Positions 52,371-64,000 of a DNA stretch of 64,000 nt are shown here, in pieces (positions within the stretch are counted from its first letter, which is position 1; each line of letters begins with the position of its first letter). The position numbers and the translations under genes were made by a program. This stretch comes from Azolla caroliniana (lineage: Eukaryota; Plantae; Polypodiophyta). The DNA is taken from contig JBHGNT010000015.1 in NCBI GenBank assembly GCA_043228905.1, positions 6,696,001 to 6,760,000 on the forward strand, read 5' to 3'. The notes under the pieces were generated by a model. That model saw only the letters and a program-made list of their open reading frames with translations, made no database searches and was not told where the DNA came from.

Positions 52371-52782
52371 CTTGCTAGCGGTAACCGCGGCAAAGTGGTG
52401 TCATTTACATTAGATGGATGTAAAGAACACGTTCCTACAATGTGAGCTTGAGGAGCAGGTGTACATGGTACAACCCCTCGGATTTCTATCCGAATTGAAC
52501 ACATCGGTAGTTTGCCGATTGAATAAGTCCGTTTACGTACTGAAGCAAGCCCCCGGAGCTTGGAATGCCAAAATTACACAACATCTACGTGAGATGGGGT
52601 TTGCACCGTCCAAGTCAGATTCTTCATTGTTCGTCCAACAACGTGAGAGTGGGTTGGTTAGCATTTTTCTATATGTTGATGATTTAGTCATCATCGGCAC
52701 TAACCTGGAAGAAATCGATCGCATAAAGTCGTTGCTAGAGGCATCGTTTGAGATGAAAGGTTTGGGGGACCTTCATTATTTC
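52371..52782 (+). pseudogene. Copia RT fragment
   Basis: MDVKNTFL...LYVDDL...LGDLHYF. Confidence 0.9.
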
Positions 52783-55245
52783 TATTGAGCGAGCAAGCTC
52801 AACCGGATTCAGATCGGCTGAATAAGCCTAAGCCGGATCGGCATCCGGAAGGATGAGCCGGATCAGTATCTAGATGGTATCCGAAACAACCGGCTAGATC
52901 GGGGAGCCGGATTCGAGCGGGAACCGGAAGCCTAGTAGTAGCCTGGACTACTAGGTAATCATTGTCTCGCAGTTAGTGTCAGTCACACGTGTGAGCATTG
53001 AAGTACCTGTCAGTACCTCTATCATTCCTTTATGGACTTGTATAAATAGTGTTGTTTAGCACGTTGTATGTATAGAATTTTAAAGTTAATTTTTGAATAT
53101 AGTTTTATGTTTTGCTCTCTATGTCTCCTCTATGTTTTAAGATTTTCCATTAAACCTTCATCTCATTTTCTATTGCTATCCGACTGAGCCGGTTCTGTCT
53201 TATGCTTCCGCACATTAACATTTACATGGTATTAGAGTGCGAGGGTTGAGAACCTCTATAGCCGACATTTGCTTCCGTAGACGAAGCCTAGAACCCGGTA
53301 ACAACAAATAGAGAGAAGATATGGAAAGAGGAATGGCGAGTTCACTTCCAACAGAGAAGCTCAACTGGAGCAACTATGCATCCTAGTCATATAAAATGCA
53401 CCAATACCTATTGGGGCATGGATATTGGAGCTTCATGGAAGGAACAAATGAAGTAGCACCGGAGCCATCACACAAAGACTTCCCGGTATGGGAGGAAGGA
53501 GCGAGTCGGGTACTGTACTGTCTTGCATCCGGTGTACATGATCAAATGCTCAGCTACATGAAGGATGCAAAGACACCGAAGGAGGCCTGGGAAAATCTAT
53601 GGAAGATCTTCGCCGCAAGTACCACAACTCATAAGTTGCAGCTCCGGCAAGAGCTAAACAACATCCGGCAAAGAGACATGTCAGTTACGGACTACACCAC
53701 CAAGACAAAGGAGATTTGCGACGCAGTCAGGTCCATCAACGTGACGGTGGACGAAGATGAGATGGTACAAATCTGCCTCGGTGGTCTAGCGAAAAGGTAC
53801 GGGCCAATCCGAACAGCGATCTGTACCCGGGAGAAACCACTGTCCTTCTTCGACTTGCAATCGATGCTGATGGTCGAAGAAAACCACGCAAGTGGGTCAA
53901 GGACCACTCAATCGGACGATCGGATGTTGTACACGAAGACAGATCGGCCCCATGGACGTGGTAGACATGGTCGATGAGGTGGGTGAGCACGCAATGGAGG
54001 CGGCTGACAAGAGCAGGACCGGAGGCACAGAGGTTGTGGTGACAGCAGTTCCGGACCGTCCACAAGCAGGGGGATTCAAAGCGGGCCCGGGAACCGGCAA
54101 GGAAAGGCCGACACGGAATGCTGGTATTGTGGCAAAAAGGGCCACAGAGAAAGCGAGTGTTGGAAGAAGCGCGCCGATTCGGACAAATCTGGATCCGGCA
54201 AAACTGGTCGGGAGAATCGGCAAAGCTCGCACTACGCAGAAGGATCGGCAGGATCCGGAACCGGGAAAACCGGTAAAGGGCCAGCCTTCGTGATGAATCA
54301 CAAGGCTAACTCGATGAAGAAGACTACTTCTAGATCGGAGGAAGTATGGTACATTGATTCCGGAGCATCCAACCACATGACGAGCCATGAAGACTGGTTC
54401 TCTTTTCTGGAGAAACTGAAAGAACCGGGGATAGTTGAAACTGGAGATGACACCCGTCACCCAATTGTGCATGTCGGAGAAGTCACTTTAAGCCATGTCG
54501 GACAAAAGGTGAAGCTGATGAACGTACTACACGTTCCGACTATCACAAAGAACCTGGTGTCAGTTGGGCAAATCGTCGACCAGGGGATGCAGGTGTGGTT
54601 TACGCAACTAGGGTGCTTCATCGAGGAAGAGGGTCAGATAATTGCGCAAGGGCACAGAAACGTGAGGATGTTCATCCTCAACGTTAATTATGTCGGCACC
54701 GCTATGTATGCGAAAGGGCAAAAGGTCGAATCGGACATTGACCTATGGCACAAGCGGATCGGCCGCGTCAATTAACGGAGGCTTCAAGACCTGCACTCGA
54801 AACAAGTCGTTTTCGGCTTGCCGAAATTTAGCAGCCAGAAGGTCGAAATTTATGAAGCCTGCCAACTCGGGAAGCAACACCGGCTTCCATTCCCCACGGA
54901 TTGAAACCGGAGCCATAACAAGCTCGATTTAATCCATTCGGATGTATGGGGACCGACAGAAAACGTTAGTCTTGACGGGAGTCGGTATTTCGTCTCCTTC
55001 ATCGACGACTACAGCCGGCACACGTGGATCTACCTCATCGAGAGGAAGAGTGAAGTCTTCAAGTGTTTCCGGAACCTTCAAATCTTGGTTGAACGGGAAA
55101 TGGAGAGGAAGATCAAGTTCCTGTAGTCGGATGGCGAGAAAGAATACTTTTCCGGCCAATTGAAGAATTATCTGCAGCAGAACGGAATTCGGAGAGAATT
55201 CAGTTGTAGGTACACACCAGAGCAAAACGGTAGCGGCAAAACAAC
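52783..55245 (+). mobile_element. 5' half of a copia element: LTR 52783-53226, Met PBS 53227-53238, gag-protease-integrase, truncated
   Basis: ...TTTACA followed by TGGTATTAGAG; gag 53396-53977, WYIDSGASNH, SFIDDYSRHTW, YTPEQNG. Confidence 0.88.
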
Positions 55246-55278
55246 ACCGTTCTATGAAACATTGAAGGAAGGTTTGTG

Positions 55279-55352
55279 TGCATTGAAGGGGACTTGAACC
55301 TCTAACCACCAGGTTTGAAGCCAGGTACTCTATCCGATTTAGCTATCGGTGT
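55279..55352 (-). tRNA. Degenerate tRNA-like sequence (probably Arg-UCG derived) just inside an LTR-like start
   Basis: ACACCGA TAGCTAAATCGGATAGAGT A CCTGG CTTCAAA CCTGG TGGTT AGAGG TTCAAGT CCCCT TCAATGC A: 74-nt cloverleaf spacing with several broken pairs; pseudogene. Confidence 0.6.
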
Positions 55353-55619
55353 TGCGTACTACTTTTACAACACGCTCCCCTTGTCTATCTTTGGTAGGCA
55401 ATTTGCTGGTTTTTGGAGCACCGCTTGTTTAGTAGGTGGATTTAGAGTGCCAAAGAAAAGAAGCGTAGTTTTCCGCTTCTTCTGCTAGCCGCAAGTCAGC
55501 CTCTGAGAGCTCATCCCGAGCTTGTCCACGTCAACGCTATAGATAACTTGTTCAGAAGCCAGCTTTTCTTTTCGGGCTGGTTCCCGTGGATGGTTCTCTA
55601 ACCTTCCACACACAGGAAT

Positions 55620-56724
55620 CCTACTCGAGGGAATCTTTTACCATAAAGGAAGCGACGACATTTGGCGGAGAGGTGTCTGGTGTGATGAGGCTCATTGCGG
55701 TATAGCTAGGGGCCATTACGGGGCGGAGAGGACTATGCATAACATATGGCAAGGAGGGCTCTGGTGGCCAACGACTCAAAAGGACACCCAAGCGTACTGT
55801 CAAAAATGCGACCAGTGTCAGCGGATGGGCCAACCCATAGAACGAACCCTGATGCCACATCAACCAATATTACCACTTGAACCATTCTAGCACAAGGCTA
55901 CCACCCCCACGAATGTGAATGGACGAGAGAAGTGATCTTGTACCATAAAGGAAGCAATAGCATTTGGCAGAGAGGTGTCTGGTAGGATGAGAAGGACGTC
56001 GTGTTACGGGAGGCTCATTGCGGTATAGTTGAGGGCCATTACGTGGGGGAGATGACCGCGCGTAAGATATGCCAGGGAGGGCTCTGGTGGCCAACGGCAC
56101 AGAAGGACACCCAAGCGTACTGTCGGAAATGCGACATATATCAGCAAATGGGCCAACCCACGAAGTGAGCCCTGATGCCGCATCAGCCCATACTACCTCT
56201 CGAATCATTCCAAAAATGGGGTCTTGATTTCGTCGAGCCATTTACTCTAGTTGTCGCACATACGGATAATAGATACATTGTAGTCACCACAAATTACTGC
56301 ACCAAATGAGTCGAAGCGAAGGCGTTACAGGACAACAAAATGGCATCCACCGCGAAGTTTTTTTATGACCACATTTGGTTCCATTTCGATTGCCCGATAG
56401 AAGTAATCAGTGCCCAAGAGGCAATTTCCTTAAAGCAGTGATTTAGGGACTCATGGAACATTATGTCGTAGTCCACAAGAAGAGAACCTCGTATAAACCC
56501 CAAGCATATGGACTCGCAAAGTCGACCAATATAACCTTCTAGAATATCTTGAAGAAAATCGTCAACGAAAACCGTACGAACTGGGATATGAAACTTCACA
56601 GTGCCCTATGGGCATATCAAACAAGCTTGAAAACTAGTATCCAGTCTACCTCATTACGGTTAGCATTTGGACTCAAAGCCATAATGCCCGTCAAGTTCCA
56701 AGTTTTGAGCATACGTATACGGGA
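55620..56724 (+). pseudogene. Ty3/gypsy (Athila/Tat-type) integrase remnant with a partial duplication of the HHCC region
   Basis: EAHCGI..GHY...GLWWPT...C..CD.CQ at ~55690 and ~56010; WDMKLHSALWAY. Confidence 0.8.
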
Positions 56725-56954
56725 TGTAAAGAATCGATGGTGATTCTTGTGCAGAGGAATAGATGTGCGTTCTGTGGGTATATGTGTGAGAGAAAAATAG
56801 AGGAGACAAAAAAGAACCGCAGATAAATAAATGAGAGGAAAATAGAATACTCAAGAAGAAGGTGTATATTTCACAAGTAGAATAAGATTTACAAAATGTA
56901 GCATAACAAGGAGTCACAACCGACTTAGTATGAAGTGTGAGGAGGGTGCTTTAT

Positions 56955-59900
56955 TGTTGGGAGACAAGTCCCTCCGGATGGGAAGGGAGAAGAACAGTGC
57001 CGATGAACAAACTCGGCCGAGGCCGATAGGCCAAGGTTGGGAAACCGTATTAGGAGGACCCGGCTACGGAGGGCCGGATGGTGCAGACCCGGTATGAACC
57101 GGATGAGGAGTACCCGGCTACGGAGAGTCGGATGGTGCAGACCCGGTATGAACCGGATGAGGAGTACTCGGCTACGGAGAGCCGGATGATATAGACCCGG
57201 TATGAACCGGATGAGGAGTACCCGGCTACGGAGAGCCGGATGATACAGACCCGGTGAAGACCGGATGAGGAGTACCCGGCTACGGAGAACCGGATGAAGA
57301 GACATATTCGTAAATATGTTTCTGAGAGTCCATCGAGGTTATATTTGTAAATAGCCGAAAAGTCATATTAGTATAAATATGACTTAGGGCAAACTTTTAG
57401 TGTGTGTTGTTGTCATTTTGTTGGTGTAAGAAGTAGAGAGAGCACGTAACAGTGCACAGAGAGAGAGAGAGAGAAAGAGGTCGCTGCCTCTGTTGTAACC
57501 GCCGCCTGTGGCGAAGATCGTGAGCACGAGGTCGTTGCCTCCGTGAACTCACTGTTTGTACATTCCAACGTAGTGATAGTTTGCAGCTTGTGGGCTGCCG
57601 TGGTTTTTCCCTTAATTTTGGGTTTTCCACGTAAACATCCTGTGCACTCGTTTCTTCTTCGTGTCGTGCTTTATTTCCTGTTTTCTGTGTATGATTCTAA
57701 GCTCGGTTGTGGCCGAGCGTTGCACATAAGGAGCATTGAGTTCCCGTCAAGTGGTATTAGAGCGAAACAACACAGAAATATGGACGAATCGTTTGGCGGC
57801 ATGTTCAAGCTCACCGGCTCCAACTATTCGGTATGGAAGTCGAAGATGAGGGACATGCTCGTGGTTAAAGACCTCTGGCTGCTGGTTCAGTTCGGGGACA
57901 AGAGACCACACAAAATCCACTCCGCGATATGGGAGGTGATGCACATGAAGACAACGGCGTACATACGGTGCTTCATCGACATGAGCCTGTACAACAACTT
58001 CAATGAAGAGAGCAAGGCTCATGAGCTCTGGGAAAAGATCGGCATAATGTTTTAGAACAAAAATTCTGTTAATCAGGTTTCGGTATTCCGGAAGCTAGTA
58101 AGACTCTGGTACCAAGATGGCTCCAGCATGGCGGAGTACATGAATGCCTTCCAGGGGCTGATACACCAGGCAACATCATTGGAAGTACCTCTCGCCGACG
58201 AGGTACTAGCACTACTCCTGCTCGGTTCCCTCCCGGATAGCTGGGAGACGTTGGTCGTCACTTTGGGCAACACCGGGCCAGAAGGAAAACGGTTATCCCT
58301 AGCAAGAGTGAAGTCGAGCTTGCTGGATGAGGAGGCGCGTCGGAAAGATAAGGATACGAGCTCCGACTCCAAAGCGCTCCTTACCGAATCGGAACGTGGA
58401 AGACATAGAAACCGTAGTCCCCAGAACCGGGAGAAGTCGGGGACACGGTCAAAGTCAAGGGGGAGGCCTACTTGCTTCTATTGCGGCAAGCCGGAACACT
58501 TCCAAAAGAACTGTCAGCATTTCCCGAAAAGATAAGGAGACCGATGGTACCGATTCGAAGCGGACCCCGGACCGGAACGGTAAAGACCGGAGGGGGCCGG
58601 ACTGAAAGGGGATGACGGCAATCGCGGCAAGTGAAGAAGAGTTGATGCTCATCACCGAGGAGAGTGAGATAAACCTTGCAGGCGACGAGATGCCCTGGGT
58701 GGAAGACTCCGGAGCGTCGTTCCACCTTACCCCGGACCGGAAATGCTTCTCATCCTACTCAACCGATGATCACGGCTGTGTCCGGATGGGGAATGAAGGT
58801 ACATCCCAAATTGTCGGCATACGAGACGTGTGGCTGTCGACACCAACCGGATGCAAGTTGCTGCTGAGGGATGTCCGACACGTTCCGGAGGTTCGACTGA
58901 ACCTGATATCAGTCGGTCGGCTAGATGATGAGGGCTACATGGGTAGCATCCAGAACGGTGTCATGAAGTTCAGCAAAGGGAGCCTGATAGTGGCTCGGGC
59001 CCGGAATGTAAACACACTGTACCTGATGAATGCCCGGTTATGCCCGGAAGAAGTGAACGTGGCATCCGACACTGCCGGTGAGCTGTGGCGCAAGAGGCTG
59101 TGTCATATGAGCGAGAAGGGGATGAAGACGCTTGCAGACGACAACCTCATTCTAGTGAAGAACGTGCACTTAGAGAAGTGCCCTGATTGTCTGGCCGGTA
59201 ACCAGAACCGGACCTCCTTCCGACCAAGGCCACCAATGGGACGTAATGCACCACTGGAGTTGGTGCATAAGGATGTGTGTCAAGTAGACACGAAGTTACA
59301 TGCCGGAGCGCAGTACTTCGTGATGTTCATAGATGACCACAACCGAAAGCTCTGGGCCACACCGTTGAAGACGAAGGATCGGGTGTTATCCGTCTTCAAA
59401 GAGCTCCACGCGAGAGTGGAAAGAGAAACCGGTCGAAAGCTGAAGGCGGTCCGAGCAGATAACGGAGGAGAGTACCGGGGGCAGTTCGAGGAGTATTGCC
59501 GCTCGAAGGGAATCCGGCTCGAATTTACCGTGCCGAAGACGCCGGAACTAAACGGACTGGCCGAGAGGATGAACTGGACCATAATGGAGAGGGTCCGTAG
59601 TATGCTAGCGCATGCAAAACTACCCAAGAAGTTTTGGGCTGAGGCACTGTCGACGGCGACATATGTGATAAACAGATCACCCTCAGTACCCTTGGACGGA
59701 GACACGTCACAGAGAGTGTGGACCGGTAAGGAAGTATCCTACCGGCATCTGAAGGTGTTCGGGTGTCTCGCGTACGTGCATGTAGCTAAGGACCGGAGAG
59801 GAAAGTTAGATCCAAAGACCCGGCCATGCATATTCCTCAGTTACTGAGATGATGAGTTCGGCTACCGAGTGTGGGACCTGGTCGACAAGAAGGTATTCCG

Positions 59901-62654
59901 GAGTCGAGATATTATCTTCATGGAGAAGAAGACGCTCGCCGACTGGGAGTCGGAGAAGAAGATAATGAACTCCGAGTCGACCGGTAAGGATCACCTCTAC
60001 GATGAGCAGACCCAACCGGCAAGAGACCGGTTAGCCCTCGAGGGACCAGCCGGTTACGGTGAGGATACCGAACAGGCTGAAGAAGAAGTAGAGGAAGCTA
60101 AAACCGGAACCGACCGAGACCCCGAATCGGATTCGGATGAAGAGCAGATGGATGAGCCGGTCACCGAAGCCCAGAGACGGAGATATCCTCTCAGAGAGAG
60201 AAGGGACCCCCGGAGATTTCCGGATGCAGATCATGTTCTGCTAACCGTTGAGGGGGAGCCGGAAAGCTTCGAAGAAGCGAAGGAAGACACTCACAGCCGA
60301 AAATGGTTAAGTGCCATGCAGGATGAGATGGATTCCCTGCATGAGAACCATACGTACGAATTGGTGGAGTTGCCGAAAGGAAAGCGGGCACTCCGAAACA
60401 AGTGGGTGTACAAGTTGAAACCGGGAGATGCCAGCAACCCCCCGAGATACAAAGCCAGGATCGTGGTGAAGGGGTTCCAGCAGAAGAAGGGCGTGGACTT
60501 CGATGAGATATTTGCCCCGATAGTAAAGATGACCTCCATCCGGACGGTGCTGAGTATAGCGGCAAGCATGGACCTCGAGGTAGAGCAGCTAGAGGTGAAG
60601 ACGGCATTCCTTCACGGTGACCTCGAAGAAGAGATCTACATGCAGCAACCGGAAGGATTCGTGGAGAAAGGGAAGGAGCACCTGGTATGCCGGTTGAAGA
60701 AGAGCCTCTACGGGTTGAAGCAGGTCCCCCAGCAATGGTACCGGAAGTTTGACTCCTTCATGACCAAGCAAGGGTACCACAAGACGCAGGCCGATCACTG
60801 CGTGTTTGTGAAGAAGTTCGAAGGAGGCGACTTCCTGATACTCCTCCTGTACGTGGATGACATGTTGATGGTCGGACGAGACCAAGTAAAAATACGGATG
60901 TTGAAGAAGGCTCTCAACCGGACCTTCTCAATGAAAGACTTGGGTCCGGCAAGACAGATGCTGGGGATGCACATCATTCGGGACCGGTCAAAGAAGCAAT
61001 TATGGCTGTCACAAGAGAAGTACATGACAAAGGTGCTTCACCGGTTCAACATGTCAGATGCGAAACCAGTCGGATCGACACTTCCGGCAAACTACAAGCT
61101 ATCCGGTAAGCAAAGCCCGAAGACGAAAGCAGAGAAGGCGGATATAATGAAGATTCCATATGCCTCTGCCGTCGGGAGCTTAATGTACACAATGGTTTGT
61201 ACCCGACCAGACATTGGATACGCAGTCGGAGTGGTGAGCCGGTTTATGAGCAATCCCAGCAAGGAGCACTCGAATGCAGTCAAATGGATACTCCGGTATT
61301 TGAAGGGCACTTCAAATATGTGTCTCCGATTCGGCTCCGGGAAACCTCAACTGGACGGTTTCACCAATTCGGACATGTCGGCTGATGTGGATACCAGCCG
61401 ATCTACATCCGGGTATGTAATGACATATGCAGGGGGAGCTATTTCATGGCAGTCGAGGCTGCAGAAGACGGTTGCATTGTCAACCACAGAGGCGGAGTAC
61501 ATGGCGGCTGTGGAAGCCGGCAAGGAAATATTATGGATGAAGGACTTCATCGGAGAGCTCGGTATCCGGCAAGATGAATACAGACTCTATTGCGACAGTC
61601 AAAGTGCCATCCACCTTGCTAAGAATGCGGCCTACCATTCCCGGACGAAGCATATCCAGCGGAGGTATCACTGGATCCGGGAAAGAGTAGATGACCAGGA
61701 GTTCGCGCTGATAAAGATCCACACGGCCGAGAACGGGTCAGATATGCTGACCAAAGTGCTGATACCCGACAAGCTAGATGCATGCCGGAAGAGAATCAGA
61801 CTGGTAAGACATCCCATGCTGGAGTGAAGGTGCTTTATTGTTGGGAGACAAGTCCCTCCGGATGGGAAGGGAGAAGAACAGTGCCGGTTGGGAAACCGTA
61901 TGAGGAGGACCCGGTTACGGAGAGCCGGATGGTGCAGACCCGGTATGAACCGGATGAGGAGTACCCGGCTACGGAGAGCCGGATGGTGCAGACCCGGTAT
62001 GAATCGGATGAGGAGTACTCGGCTACGGAGAGCCAGATGATACAAACCCGGTATGAACCGGATGAGGAGTACCCGGCTACGGAGAGCCGGATGATACAGA
62101 CCCGGTATGAACCGGATGAGGAGTACCCGGCTATGGAGAGCCGGATGATACAGACCCGGTGAAGACCGGATGAGGAGTACCCGACTACGTAGAATCGGAT
62201 GAAGAGACATATTCGTAAATATGTTTCTGAGACTCCATCGAGGCTATATTTGTAAATAGCCGAAAAGTCATATTAGTATAAATATGACTTAGGGCAAACT
62301 TTTAGTGTGTGTTGTTGTCATTTTGTTGGTGCAAGAAGTAGAGAGAGCACGTAACAGTGTATAGAGAGAGAGAGAGAGAAAGAGGTCGCTGCCTCTGTTG
62401 TAACCGCCGCCTGTGGCGAAGATCGTGAGCACGAGGTCGTTGCCTCCGTGAACTCACTGTTTGTACATTCCAATGTAGTGATAGTTTGCAGCCTGTGGGC
62501 TGCCGTGGTTTTTCCCTTAATTTTGGGTTTTCCACGTAAACATCCTGTGCACTCGTTTCTTCTTCGTGTTGTGCTTTATTTCCTGTTTTCTGTGTATGAT
62601 TCTAAGCTCGGTTGTGGCCGAGCGTTGCGTATAAGGAGCGTTGAGTTCCCGTCA
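56955..62654 (+). mobile_element. Near-complete Ty1/copia (Tnt1/Tork-like): LTRs 56955-57749 and 61839-62654
   Basis: TTTAT TSD at 56950-56954 and 62655-62659; PBS TGGTATTAGAGC at 57752-57763; 54-bp U3 tandem arrays. Confidence 0.95.
57780..61827 (+). pseudogene. gag-pol polyprotein with few lesions
   Basis: CFYCGKPEH, DSGASFH, FIDDH...RADNGGEY...NGLAE, LLLYVDDML, RSTSGY...YCDSQSA; stops near 58053 and 59845, frameshift near 58525. Confidence 0.92.
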
Positions 62655-62989
62655 TTTATATATAGTTACCCTCTCTCTTCATTAACCAACTACAACAACC
62701 ACTCTCTCTCTTGGGCAATGTGAAGACTCATAGTCATGGGGAATATGTAACTCATTAGTTATGTGTCATGGAATATGATTCTATGACACATAGTTAATGT
62801 GTAGAGAGTAGTGGTGCGACTCTTAACCTTTGAGTAATCAGAGATTCTCAAAAGTTGTGTTCACACATTGCACTATGTTGAGCTTGATTCTCAACACGCC
62901 CCCTCAAGCTTAACTCAGGTCGGTTCCTTTCGATTGATGTCCGCTATGGCTGGTATCCGGTTCGAACGGTATCCGGTTCTCGCTTGTAC

Positions 62990-64000
62990 TCCCCCTCCAG
63001 CTTGGCAAGTCAGGTATCGTCAATCCGAGTTCTGACATGAATTACCGAAGCTTGTCGGCTCTTAGTGCCTTGGTGAAGATGTCGACTGCTTGAAGATTCG
63101 GGTCGCTGTGTAGAAGATCAACATCTCTGGCCTAAACACGCTCTCGAATGAAGTGGTAGTGCACTTCGATATGCTTTGTGCATGCTTGGAACACCGGGTT
63201 CCGAGCCAAATATATACTACTCATGTTGTTGCAGATAATGGGAGTCGGATGCTTGATGGGAACGCCTAGATCCTTCAAAATCCTCTTGAGCCATACGGCT
63301 TCCCATGCAGCTACAGTTGCGCCCCTATATTTCTCCTCCGTACTCGAAAGTGCGACAATAGGCTACTTCTTACTACTCTAAGATATTGCTCCGCTACCGA
63401 GTGAGAAGACAAATTCGGAGGTCAATCGTCCATCAGCTCTGTAGCCGGCCCAATCGGCATCCGTGTACCCTTCGAGCAGAATTTGTGTGGCCGATGCGTA
63501 GAGGATGTCATAATCCATTGTGCCACTCATGTATCATAATACTCTCTTAGCGCAATCGAAATGGACATTTCGCGGAGTTTGCATGAATTGGCTGAGGAGG
63601 CCAATCGGATAGTTGAGGTCGGGTCACATGATTGTGAGATAGATGAGGCTCCCGATCAATTGTCGATATTGAGTCAGCTCGCACTCGTCTGTGCCGGAGT
63701 CGGCATCTAGTTTGAGGTTTTGATCGAGAGGGGTTGCCACAGATTTGCAATCAACCATCCCGAACTTGTATAACAAGTTGAGGATGTAGTGCCTTTGAGA
63801 GATCATAATGCCAGTCGGAATCCGAATTACTTTGATTCCAAGGAAGTAATGAAGTTCCTTATGTCCATCATCTCGAATTTGTTGGAGAGGAAGGACTTCA
63901 CCTTGTGGATGTCAACTAAATGCTCACCTCCAATAACCAGATCAGCCATGTATAGGATGATGACATTCGAAAGCCGATTTGATGAAGATATTGCATAATC
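62990..64000 (-). pseudogene. Copia RT/RNase H 3' region, running off the window
   Basis: YRQLIGSLIYL, GYTDADWAG, KHIEVHYHF, FTKAL. Confidence 0.9.

Larger units (their letters stand above)
56725..62896 (-). mobile_element. 3' LTR of a copia (23690 family), split by the 56955-62654 insertion
   Basis: TGTAAAGAATC start and GATTCTCAACA end match 23690-24146; PPT at 62897-62908. Confidence 0.9.

Noticed and set aside
55279-55352. Functional tRNA gene
   Set aside because: Acceptor, anticodon and T stems all carry mismatches; kept only as a relic
56925-57305. Repeat-protein ORFs (also 56-349, 61668-62210, 5082-5633)
   Set aside because: Translations of non-coding tandem arrays in LTRs or minisatellites

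Overview
Repeat-saturated plant nuclear DNA, probably from a non-seed land plant (inferred from the element lineages). No intact host gene is visible. The window is a stack of nested, mostly degenerate Ty1/copia and Ty3/gypsy LTR retrotransposons, solo LTRs, one non-autonomous LTR element and a hAT-type MITE, up to about six layers deep. The main result is a DNA transposon spanning 9443-51581. It has ~36-bp imperfect terminal inverted repeats and a 4-bp TCTA target-site duplication, and removing it rejoins the interrupted copia reading frame. It carries two divergently oriented, now pseudogenised genes. One is a Sola-like DDD transposase (48541-51285, +). The other is an intron-containing, bacterial-style beta-class N6-adenine/N4-cytosine DNA methyltransferase (10346-11610 plus 28822-29043, -), with motifs DIPYG, WVKTN, NPYQKP and DLFSxxGTT. 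A second recurring signal is tRNA-like Pol III A/B-box modules inside the LTRs of several unrelated retrotransposon families. All assignments were made by eye; no database searches were run.
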